Assembly: GCA_965285935.1 (NCBI GenBank)
Contig: OZ260667.1
Coordinates: forward strand, 55,304,001 to 55,368,000
DNA: 64,000 bases
Direction of reading: 5' to 3'
DNA from: Ophelia neglecta
Lineage: Eukaryota
A program made the translations under genes and the position numbers. Positions 26,526 through 38,390 of the stretch are shown here, in pieces. Below the pieces are notes generated by a model that ran no database searches, was not told where the DNA came from, and was given only the letters and a program-made list of their open reading frames with translations. The stretch's first letter is position 1. Each line of letters starts with the position of its first letter.

Positions 26526-26747
26526 CTTTAAAGCTGGCAAAACCTGGGGCTGTGAAGGGCAAAATCAAGGATGCACAGATCTAAATAGAAAAGCATGGGT
26601 CTGCTAGGAATGACGGTCTCTCTGGAGAGATTAAATTAAGCAAAGGGTTGGCGTCTTGTCTCGCTTACCCTCACCCAACCCTGCCCCTGAGCTCGGAAAC
26701 TGTGTCCTTCAATTGCTGTGCATGCTGAACATCTCATCAACAATAAA

Positions 26748-26945
26748 GTTATCTTGGAAGTGATAACTAGACTCTTATAGTTATCTTGGAAGTGATAACA
26801 AGACTCTTATAGTTATCTTGGAAGGGATAACTTAAGTTATCTATAGGAAGTGATATCAAGACTTTTCTGGAGTTGTATTCATCATTGGAATATTTGTGAT
26901 TCCTCCATGTGATTAGTTATCTGGCAAGTGATAACAAGACTTTAT
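26748..26945. repeat. ~32-bp degenerate minisatellite
   Basis: AGTTATCTTGGAAGTGATAACAAGACTCTTAT repeated about 4-5 times. Confidence 0.75.
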
Positions 26946-28336
26946 AAAATATCTAAACTACCCTCTTCTCCGAGAGCCAGGAGGCTTGGGGGCTTAGGAC
27001 CAAACCCTGGAACTTGAGTTAAGTAGTTTTAAATTGCTAACATGAATTGTCTCTGATACTTTAAAGATGAGTAGTATGAAACCTGTAATAACTGGCCCAC
27101 CTTGTTTAAATTGAATTTATTCCTTTGTAAATTATTATTACAAGCAAAATATTTATTAACGATAATATTATTTGGATATCGACATTTCATATTCTACACA
27201 TTAATCATTAGTTTTTCATGTAGGTGGGCTATTTATTGCAGATGAATAATTAAGGGTATGTGAAAATGAGATATATGAATTACTATGTACAGTGTGTCTA
27301 TTATTAGAGGCATAAAGGTATTGTGCTTCTGCCAAAATGTTGAGGTTCAGAGTGTTGCTTTACAAATGAGGCTAATTGGCTATTAGTCCTAGTAGGCAGG
27401 GTAATAGTTCCAGTAGGCAGAGTATTCAGGTATTAGACCTAGTAGGCAGGGAAAAGAGTAGGACTTACACGTACAAGCAATGTGGCACAAGTTAAGGACT
27501 AAGTTGATGTGAATAGGTATTGTGACAAACTGGCCAAATCGCCAGTAGCCGGCTGAAAACCATTGGTCTTCTGTTTCAGGAATATGCCTATGTTAAGGAC
27601 AAATGTTTATTATGTTAGATAAGTTTTAATATTGTCAGCTTAGCTTCACCCCATGATCCCAGTTAGGTCCCAGCCTTCCCGCTCCTCCCTTGTTGTATCG
27701 TAGTTAAGGCACACATTCAAACAGTAAACATACTGTTGATATCATCTGTTACTTATCAACACCGATCTGAACGCGTCGGTATTTTCCGTTAATTCGCAGC
27801 ACTAAACGTCAATCGATATTTACCAGCATCAATTATCGATATTTACCATAATTTACCTGCTCCAATCAGAGTGAAGGAACTAATCGCAATAACATGTAAG
27901 TTCACATAACATCCATCATGTTCTTTCCATGAAGTAAATTTCACATTTTCATGATTTATTTCAAAGATAAATCAAGCTTCATGTAAGATTAATTTCAATA
28001 CTTTTGTTTCATTCAGATCCTACAAATGGCAATCCATCCATGGCTAGCCCACCTCCTGGAGAAACTGATGGCCTATGAAATTGAACCATGTCTTCCAGCA
28101 GCACCACTGGAGAGGGAAAGAATCCTAAAAAGAGCCACCTAGCAGGAGACCGATGGATAAATCACAGGTGTGTATAGATGAATGTTACTAATCCAATCTT
28201 CCTCCCTCTAGGTTTACAGGCAGGTATGTATTGGGTGGTTAATAGACCTCACATTACATCAGTCCTGTATGTCATGTGAGGTCTGGGTAGGTAGGTCACT
28301 GGAGGACAGGGGATGTCCACTATGCTGTCTTGGTTG

Positions 28337-30903
28337 TCACCAAGGTCCCAAGGAGCGTTACCAAAGGCATTACCTAAGACGTTACCAAGGGAGATCACCA
28401 GCAGGCTTTACCAAGGGCAGTAACCAAGGGAGTTACCAAGGGCGATCACCAGCAAGCATTACACTGGGCTGTAACCAAGGCTGTTACCAAGGCGATTACC
28501 AGCAAGCATTACCCTGGGCTGTAACCAAGGCTGTTACCAAGGTGATCACCAGCAAGCATTTCCAGGGTATCACCAAGGATGATCACCAGCAAGCATTACC
28601 CTGGGCTGTAACCAAGCCCGTTACCAAGGCATTCACCAGCAAGCATTTCCAGGGTATCACCAAGGATGATCACCAGCAAGCATTACCCTGGGCTGTAACC
28701 AAGCCCGTTACCAAGGCATTCACCAGCAAGCATTTCCAGGGTATCACCAAGGATGATCACCAGCAAGCATTACCCTGGGCTGTAACCAAGCCCGTTACCA
28801 AGGCATTCACCAGCAAGCATTTCCAGGGTATCACCAAGGATGATCACCAGCAAGCATGATGAAGTAGAAACTAACCCAATCGCATCCATCCTTTAGCAGC
28901 TCTGGCTGTATCGAGTCATTACTCATCTCCTGAAGTGCTGCTTCTAGCTCGCTCTTGGCCCCAACAAAATTGGTCCCGCGACGACATATAAACCTGCGGG
29001 AGACATTAATAAACGAGTTAGCAATGAGAAGTATGAGCATCCTCTATATGTACAGCATGAGACGCAAGACACGTAAATTTCCAAGGGAGTTACCAAGGGC
29101 GATCACCAGCAAGCATTACCCTGGGCTGTAACCAAGGGCGATCACCAGCAAGCATTACCCTGGGCAGTAACCAAGCCCGTTACCAAGGCGATCACCAGCA
29201 AGCATTACACTGGGCTGTAACCAAGCCCGTTACCAAGGCGATCACAAGCAGGCATTTCCAAGGGAGTTACCAAGGGCGATCACCAGCAAGCATTACCCTG
29301 GGCTGTAACCAAGCCCGTTACCAAGGCGATCACCAGCAGGCATTTCCAAGGGAGTTACCAAGGGCGATCACCAGCAAGCATTACCCTGGGCTGTAACCAA
29401 GGGCGATCACCAGCAAGCATTACCCTGGGCTGTAACCAAGGCCGTTACCAAGGCGATCACCAGCAAGCATTACCCTGGGCTGTAACCAAGCCCGTTACCA
29501 AGGCGATCACCAGCAAGCATTACCCTGGGCTGTAACCAAGGCCGTTACCAGGGGCAATCACCAGCATGCATTACCCTGGGCTGTAACCAAGCCCGTTACC
29601 AAGGCGATCACCAGCAAGCATTACCCTGGGCTGTAACCAAGCCCGTTACCAAGGCGATCACCAGCAGGCATTTCCAAGGGAGTTACCAAGGGCGATCACC
29701 AGCAAGCATTATTCTGGGCTGTAACCAAGGCCGTTACCAAGGCGATCACCAGCAAGCATTACCCTGGGCTGTAACCAAGCCCGTTACCAAGGCGATCACC
29801 AGCAGGCATTTCCAAGGGAGTTACCAAGGGCGATCACCAGCAAGCATTACCCTGGGCTGTAACCAAGGGCGATCACCAGCAAGCATTACCCTGGGCTGTA
29901 ACCAAGGCCGTTACCAAGGCGATCACCAGCAAGCATTACCCTGGGCTGTAACCAAGGCCGTTACCAAGGCGATCACCAGCAAGCATTACCCTGGGCTGTA
30001 ACCAAGAGTGATCACCAGTAAGCATTACCCTAGGCTGTAACCAAGCCCGTTACCAAGGCGATCACAAGCAGGCATTTCCAAGGGAGTTACCAAGGGCGAT
30101 CACCAGCAAGCATTACCCTGGGCTGTAACCAAGGGCGATCACCAGCAAGCATTACCCTGGGCTGTAACCAAGGGCGATCACCAGCAAGCATTACACTGGG
30201 CTGTAACCAAGGCCGTTACCAAGGCGATCACCAGCAAGCATTACACTGGGCTGTAACCAAGGCCGTTACCAAGGCGATCACCAGCAAGCATTACCCTGGG
30301 CTGTAACCAAGGCCGTTACCAAGGCGATCACCAGCAAGCATTACCCTGGGCTGTAACCAAGGCCGTTACCAAGGCGATCACCAGCAAGCATTACCCTGGG
30401 CTGTAACTAAGAGTGATCACCAGTAAGCATTACCCTAGGCTGTAACCAAGCCCGTTACCAAGGCGATCACAAGCAGGCATTTCCAAGGGAGTTACCAAGG
30501 GCGATCACCAGCAAGCATTACCCTGGGCTGTAACCAAGGGCGATCACCAGCAAGCATTACCCTGGGCTGTAACCAAGGGCGATCACCAGCAAGCATTACA
30601 CTGGGCTGTAACCAAGGCCGTTACCAAGGCGATCACCAGCAAGCATTACCCTGGGCTGTAACCAAGGCCGTTACCAAGGCGATCACCAGCAAGCATTACC
30701 CTGGGCTGTAACCAAGGCCGTTACCAAGGCGATCACCAGCAGGCATTTCCAGGGTATCACCAAGGATGATCACCAGCAAGCATAACCCTGGGCTGTAACC
30801 AAGGCCGTTACCAGGGCAATCACCAGCAAGCAATACCCTGGGCTGTAACCAAGGCTGTTACCAAGGCAATCACCAGCAGGCATTTCCAAGGGCAGTTATC
30901 AAG
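28337..30903. repeat. Composite satellite of related 50/39/38/37-bp monomers, interrupted at 28858-29078
   Basis: Core GATCACCAGCAAGCATTACCCTGGGCTGTAACCAAGGCCGTTACCAAGGC. The left block has an 87-bp period; the right block mixes 50-, 39- and 38-bp variants. Confidence 0.95.
28858..29078 (-). mobile_element. 221-bp BEL/Pao integrase fragment inserted in the satellite
   Basis: Translates to FINVSRRFICRRGTNFVGAKSELEAALQEM...GCDW, the Pao integrase region. 28950-29078 is nearly identical to 36243-36370. Confidence 0.8.
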
Positions 30904-32204
30904 CACAGGAGGACCTACAGGAGGTGGATGTTGGTAAGTCTGCATAACGATAAATTAATTATGGCCATTTTATTGGCCAATTTGAAATTTGAAATAAAAC
31001 AAGCATTTATAATTGAAAATTTTGTCTTTACTGTATATTATATTTTATTGGGCTAAAATATGCAAACTTTAATCTTACCGAAACGGGCAATTTTAAGAAA
31101 TTACAAATATTTATAGAAGCAAAAATTTGTCTTTTTACTTTATCAAGCTTTTTCACTGGGCGCTCTTGTTTCCGCTGGACAAGTGTTTTATGTCATATTT
31201 ATTTACTTGCATATCATTTATGCATCAAAAGTAAAAAAAAATTATGTTAGTTTCTGGTCATGATAGGCAAAGAGTGTTATGGTAATTCCAGTAATTAGTG
31301 TTTGGGAAAAATTTCATCTTATTGCTTCGATAGTGCACTTATATACTAAACCCTTACAGTGAATCAGTCTCGCTTCTATTCTGATGGGACAGATACACAA
31401 TCAACACAATGTTTGTTCAGTATGAAGCGGGTGCTCCAGGCTCCTACCTCAACGATGTTCGGAATAGATCACTGAAAGCTACTGCTGTCTTTTACTGCGT
31501 AGGCAAATACATCTGTTTTTAGGTTAAATTTCCAGTCCTATGATTTACATAAAAATAGCTATGTGAATATCCAATGGAAATTTTGCATATAATTCATTGT
31601 TCGAGGCAAACCTCTGACCTAAAGCGGTGGACTAAACAATAATAACTAATCTATTGCATTCATTATCTAATCACATGGAAGTAAAACAAGACCCGTTGGT
31701 TGATATGGTATGTATGGTATATGTATGGTATATGTATGGTATATGTATGGTATATGTTTCAGTGGCAAAGTACAGTGTCCAAGTCAGAGTTTAAAAATTA
31801 CAATGCAACCGGCCAATTGGGCTTATCACTAATCGAAAATACAGACACAGTGAAACCTGCCTTAAAGACCACCTCTATAATCAGACCACCTGCCAATTCA
31901 GACCACTAATATGAGGACCATGCTGTATGCTTTGATTCATTGCTGGCACTTGTTTTTAGTTAATATAGCTAGTTGATTTATTGTGAGTTAATACGGCGAA
32001 TCGAATTAATTTAATAAATCTTAGGTAAATTTATCGCATATCAATGAGGTGATGCAGCTTAGCATTGTGAAGAGCTGTACATCTGATTAACCCTGGTATA
32101 CTGATTTCATTCCAATATTAACTGGCAGCAAACGAAGAGATCAATGAACCAAATCAAGTAGTCGATTAAATCGGTCAGAACTCATCAGAAACCACTAGCT
32201 GCAC

Positions 32205-32390
32205 CAGTGGCGGATTCAGGGGGGGGGGGGGGGGCTTTTCTGCCAAAAAGTGGGCCTGGACCAGGGCCTTTTTCTGGACCCACGCAATGTGCTTTCAGAG
32301 GGTTGGTAACGGGGACAATCCAGACATTAGCCTTGTCAACCTATGGAAAAATTTGCCCCCGCCTTCCTGAAATCCTGGATCCGCCACTTG
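32205..32390. mobile_element. Short MITE with poly-G tract
   Basis: TIR AGTGGCGGATTCAGG / CCTGGATCCGCCACT. Confidence 0.65.
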
Positions 32391-33004
32391 GCTTATGATG
32401 CATAGGGTTTATCCAGTGTTGAATAAACCTAAAACTGAAGAAAGATCATTAAGATCCTTGAACTTCTGACCTTGCCCTAGGAAAAGAAAACAATTATCAT
32501 GTGGTCAAACGCTGGGGCCATAATGCAGCGAGATATTTTGCATACCCTAGGGTTAACATGGAAACAAACCATACAAAATTACTATGAAATCCACGAACAA
32601 TTGCTGGGAAAAAGCTGGAATGTTGACAAAATTTGGAATGTGTTTATCTGGGATCCAATTAAGTTCAAATGGCACGCAAAAGTGACAAAAAACATTATCA
32701 TAAAGAGACCAAAAAGTGTATTAGCTATTTCGGATCAGACCAGATACTTGCTACATCACAGCTACATTACATATGGTTCCATGTGTTTAATATAGCTAAT
32801 ATAGCTAGGATCATGAAATAATAGGCATGCATATATTTACAGCAAACTAATAGATTATCAAAGTGTAATAAATCATTAAATCATATATTATATTAACCCT
32901 TTCCACTCTGAATATCTGTTACTTAAGCGGTATTCCCCAATGTACTAATGGCCGAGTGCAGCTGCTTGACTCCCCCCCCCCCCTTGTCAACAACAGGGGG
33001 GAGG

Positions 33005-33239
33005 TTTTGTTGTTTGGGGTTTTTCGTGGCTTTCAACACTAATAGGTCATATCGCCACAGTGCCTACTTGTGACAGTGGGCTCAATGCCCTCTTTAGAGT
33101 GCTGCATCACTGGAGTACCTGCCATAGACACCAGACAGGGAACCCCACCCAGTCACATTATACTGACACCGGGTTGACCAGTCCAGATACTACCCCGAAA
33201 TGCCAGGCACAAGGGAGGGGAGTTATCAGTACCCGTTTC
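33005..33239 (-). mobile_element. 5'-truncated SINE
   Basis: Shares the GGTTTT.CGTGGCTTTCAACACT...GGTCATATCG 3' end with the SINE at 2012-2221. Contains CCCAGTCACATTATACTGACACCGGG..GACCAGTCC, a core motif I recognise from mollusc SINEs. A second copy lies at 45794-45920. Confidence 0.7.
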
Positions 33240-33877
33240 AGTAAACCCTAGGTTTTCACACTGTGTAGAGACTATAGGCTTACATGAGCTCAGGCCAAAT
33301 AATTGCACCCTTATCCAGCAATTTAAGTTCAAAATCAATCATTGAAAAAAACATAAGGTCAATGATGAAAAAAAACATAGGACTAAAGTCAATATTTTAT
33401 AAATAAGTCATTACAAATGCCAGAGTTTTGTCCATATTTTATCTCAGGAAAGGCATTGAATTTTTCCCCCCCTTATCTCAGGCTATCGCGGGGTTTTTCA
33501 GGCTTTTTACACCCCTAACTCAGGCTTGATGAATTATCACACCCCTATTCTCAGGCTCCAGTAAGCACCTAACGCCTTTTATAGGGGGCATCAACATGAG
33601 GTAAAATATTCTCAGGTACTTTTCCAACCTTTTTCATGGCACATGCTTATAAAAATACCCCTTTTTTCAATTTCTCAGGAGAAACCAAAGAAAATGTACC
33701 CCTTTTTCGAGAATTCTGGGGCCCGAGGTCAAAGCCCAAAAAGTACCCCTTTTACTGAGAAATCGTGAACGCCCATGTGGGCCCCCAACCCAAGGAGAGG
33801 GGGGGCTGTGGTGCCCTATAACCTCACAGCAGTAATAGTTTGTTCAAATCACAACTTCCTTGCACTATATATCAAAG

Positions 33878-33883
<6 letters not shown>

Positions 33884-33928
<45 letters not shown>
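33884..33928. repeat. (TA)n microsatellite followed by a CAGTGAAACCTG Tigger-like MITE end
   Basis: Pure TA run; the adjacent CAGTGAAACCTG..TAAGACCACC also occurs at ~31848. Confidence 0.8.
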
Positions 33929-33931
<3 letters not shown>

Positions 33932-35749
33932 TGAAACCTGTGAATTAAGACCACCCAAGGGTCTTGAAAATACTGGTCTGATTATAGAGGTGGTCTGTTT
34001 AAACAGGTTACTTCACAATGAAAGCATATATTATGGTCTTCATTTTAGTGGTCTGAATAGGGCCAGTCGGATATGTTTCATACTGCTGCCAACAACCATT
34101 TTTCTTACCTCCAAAGCTGATTGCAATTAAAAGGCAGTGGTAAGGCTGGGATAAGTGGGGCTACTTTCAGCTGTTCGTATGGGAATTTAACATGGGAATG
34201 ATGTTTTAAAAGCCCTTACTTAGTGATTGTTGAAGTAAAACAAAACTTTCAGGGATGATTAACATTTTGGAGGGCTTTCCATTCAGGTAAATTTCACATT
34301 TGTGTGATAGCTACAGGGTTCGCAATGAACATGGAACCGCTGCAAATCTGTAGTCTAGCCCCACATTCAAGTGCAGATTATTGGTATGCAGTGCTGTCAC
34401 CTTTTGCTAAACAATTATTTCTGTACAGTGCACTTTCAAACCTGTCATGTTTTGGGTAAGCATGGCTCCTTTCTTTATCCACAAGTTCTGACTGCCTCTC
34501 TCAAACCACCTACGTCATGGATTACCTCTAATTGTCAGTTGAAGGTTAGGATGAAATAGTGCTAAATAGGACACACCACCCACGCCATATTTAAGGCTAT
34601 GACCGAATAGCCTTAAACGAACTCACCACGCACGTCATAACCTGCCGCACGTGGTCACTTAGTGGGATATGAGGGAAAAGCCCCAAACCGAACATACTAC
34701 CCACGTCATGCAGTGCCTCTAATAGTAACTTTGAGGGATATGAATCCCTTTAATGACCCAGTGTGCCCCATAGGGATGATTATATACGAACACTGATACA
34801 TCCCGTATATTTTTGTCTGAACGCATTTCTGTATAAAGTTAATATGTAATGATGAAAATGGCATTGCAGCACACAAAAAAGCAACCTGCAACCATGTCAT
34901 TTACTGGTAATGACAATCCAGCTTTGACATTACAAATAAACAATCCATTGGAATAACAGAGAAATGTAGATGATAAGCAAATGATCTGCCTCCTAGAGTA
35001 TAATAGGCTTATTATTGAAACTGTCGTCTAAAACTAGATATGGTCATTTTCATTTTACAGAATTAACTTGCTAAAACTACGTTAACACCCATTTGCGACC
35101 TACATTACCTTCTTTCACTGGGAGGAAATTGACAGAATAGTTATTAAAACATAAATTGTGCCGCTCAACTAAGCACAGAATAGTTGTCCCCAAACTCAGT
35201 CTACCAGCGTACACATCAAACAAAGCGCTGTCGCCCCTACACAATATACGTGTGCACTCTCTTTGACCCTACACAGTTAACTGATTATGTTAGCGTACAT
35301 TTCTATTGTGTGCCAAATTTGATGCGGTAATATATAGAAGTTAATGCCCGCGGAACGCTACATTACCAGAAAATAATTTTGTCCGAGGGGTTTGCCCCGA
35401 AGACCATTGTTTTCTGGTAATGTAGCATTCCGAGGGTGTTGACTTATGTAAAATCCGCTCAGAGGCAAAACGCTACATTACCTTTAAGTTATGTAGCGTT
35501 AAGACAATGGAAAATATATGGCTATATTAAGTAAGAATGGCTTGGGTGTAAAAATGAGAGGATAGTGTGATTTGTCAACCCCGCTCACGTGTTAAAACAA
35601 TAACTATCGATAGTGCCTTACTTTTATTAATTTTTTCACTAGAGTATTATGACATTTACCTTGTTTGCCCTTTTTTAGCGGTTCGGAGTACACAAACTTT
35701 GTAATGGTAAATATAATGGGTTTTATCCAACATAGCAGACAAAGGTTTT

Positions 35750-38390
35750 CTAATAAACATTGGTTTGCTGAGGAAGCAATATGAACTATACTGACCTGCA
35801 GCAAATGATATTTTCCTCAGGCTAACTCCCTCATTAAATATCACTTCTTCAGGCCAATATATATTGTAACTATATAGTTATATATTGCTCCTCAGCAAGC
35901 CACCTGACGAGAAGAGATCAGGGTAGGTAAGAAGACGACTGTTGATGATAACTTAGGTTTCTACCATCAGTGTGTGAAGAGTTTCATCATTCAACTGGGT
36001 TCCACGTGTATGAAGTAGTGCTGAAAGCATGTTTGGCGTAGAACGTATCTTCCTCTCCCATACTACTCCCTTGTGACTGGCGTGTGGAATGTTGAAACAG
36101 TAAATAACCAAATTGCATCCATTGTTTAGCATATATAACTTGAAACCAAGTGCTTTTATTCCGCCATCATACAAATGAATACCAATGGTACTACTTGTAC
36201 TCTAAACACTACACTCCTCTCCTGAAGGGCGGCGTCTAGCTTGTTCTTGGCTCCCACAAAATTGGTCCCACGACAACATATAAACCTGCGGGAGACATTA
36301 ATAAACGAGTTAGCAATGAGTAGTATGAGCATCCTCTATATGTACAGCACGAGACGCAAGACACGTAAATAGGGCGCCACAAAGCTTTTTCTCTGCTTTC
36401 CTTTATGTTAACGGGTGAAAGGAAGGTTTCCCATTTTATGCTGTACAGTGCCGCCACGGGGAGTTTGCGACATGTATACAACTCTCAAACATATTAGGTA
36501 ACTAATACTATTAGGTACCAGAGGCTCTGATTTCATTGAATGTAGTTTCTCTGCCGGAGTGGCAGCAATGCATATGGTGATGGCCGATCACCAAATGAGT
36601 GTTGTGTCAACTTTTTCCCTAATATTCTGTTTTCTTTGTCTTGCCTTGTCACGATTGGTGGCATATGAATTTATTTACTGCAGAGAATACAGTTCATTTG
36701 GGAAGGATTGTGCCTGGACCAACTGCAGAATAACTTGCTCGGCACATACCTCCATTTCTGCCATCTAGTCTGGATTTCTTCGGGAACAGGGTCGTCGCAA
36801 AGTTCTGTAACTGTCTCGGCATAATTCTTGTAAGAATTTCTTCCAGGTTAAGAGAAAACGGGCTACAAGTCCCAAAGGGACGAAAATTGATGACACTGTC
36901 GACAGGATCCCACGCCCTCTAAGGGGGCTGTCTTTGAGTTCATTTCGAAACTGGAATGTGGTCTCTATACACCATTGAACACCAAGTGTACAGGACATGG
37001 GTAGACATTCATTTGACAGTTCAAGGGTTTTCCCTACCTAACTTCTCTGTTCATTAAGAATGGTGTCTACGACCTGTCTTTCACTGCACGGAGTTTTGCA
37101 CAGATAAAAACAATTCTGTTACCAAAGTTCATGACTAGCTTGGATCGAATGCAACGCCTCTTTTAATCCGTCATCCGTCGTACAAGGTCCGCTGCTTCGT
37201 GACCAATCTTTTCTCGAAATGTATCTGCGGTATGTTTCAATGCAAAGTTGGCACATCCGGGTGAACTGGAAGCGCCAAACAAATGCACTCTCATGCTAAA
37301 TTAGGTGATCAAACTTTTCATCTTCAAACCATAGAAATTTTAGGTAGCCACAAAGTTCTGGGATGACACTACCCGATGGAACATTGCTTCAATGTCACAT
37401 TTGAAGGCAATTGGTTCTGTCCGGAAACGGCAGCAGACTCCAGTCATGTTACTGATAAGGTCTGGCACTGGATGGAGATGTTTGTTTAAAACCTCTCCAA
37501 TGTAGTTGGCACTTCTATCAAAAACTACTCGTCTCTTTTCTTGTGTCTTTGGATGGTTTACACCGTGATGTGACAGATACCACACCCGTCGATTATCAAG
37601 GTCTATTTCTTCTGAAACTCTCTCAGCATAGCCCTTAGCAATGAGTTCATCATCATCTCTATACATTCCTTCTTTAACTATTTATTTCTAGAAATCATCC
37701 GAATTCTATTGACACCTTTTCATTGCACTTTTCTTCTTGGAATTTACTGTAATATGTCACATATAATAGTTGTATCTTCAGCTCTCTGTGGCTGCCTCGT
37801 TTGAACGTAAGGTGTCGGTGTGTTCTGATAATAGGGCATCGGCTGTTGTGGATTCCATGTATCTGGCAACATATCTGTGCCAGCAGCGCTGTAGAGCTCA
37901 CCTTTGCCTGGTGGAGTAAAGTATTGTCCGGATACATACTGTGTGATACATTCCCATGACATAAGAGGTTGGTCCAGGAACGTTAGCTGCATCCGGCATG
38001 TTTCCGAGCATTTCCATGGCTGGATTAGCAGGGGCTGTGAGTAGTATGCCGTGGCTCTCTTATGATTGACTGTAATGTTGGCAGGGGCGAAAAAGGTGTG
38101 TGCTGACTAAGACCCGTGGTGCTATCTTCTCTTTCTCTTGGTGTCGAATAAAATTGTGGGGAAATTTCTTGGGGCCTGATATAAAGGAGAAGTGGGTCTT
38201 GCCTGCCAGTCAACTTCTCTGGCTGGCTGGGGCGATATGGCTGGATGCTGTTTTCTTCCTAGACATCTCCAACTCTTCTGTGGTATATTCAAATTCCAAT
38301 TTTGTTAATAATAGGTCATTTCCTAACTGCTGTTTCTCTATTCTCTATTCAATTTGCTTTATCATGTATACTTTTTTAATGTAAAGCGCT
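35750..38390 (-). mobile_element. Decayed BEL/Pao LTR retrotransposon internal region (gag remnant, RT, RNase H/peptidase A17, integrase)
   Basis: RT: KGYAERV..VWYLSHHGVNHPK..RVVFD..LNKHL..PDL..RFR..IAFKCDIEAMFHRV (37340-37666) and MRVHLFGASSSPGCANFAL (~37240-37295). LGVQW..RGILSTVSSIFVPLG (36765-36998). Integrase: PHASHKGVVWERKIRS..LNDETLHTLMVE (35953-36174). Many stops and deletions; LTRs not identified. Confidence 0.85.

Noticed and set aside
28269-28859. 196-aa repetitive ORF (..DDHQQALPWAVTKPVTKAF..)
   Set aside because: Open only because the local 87-bp period is a multiple of 3; the rest of the array uses 50- and 38-bp units that break the frame.
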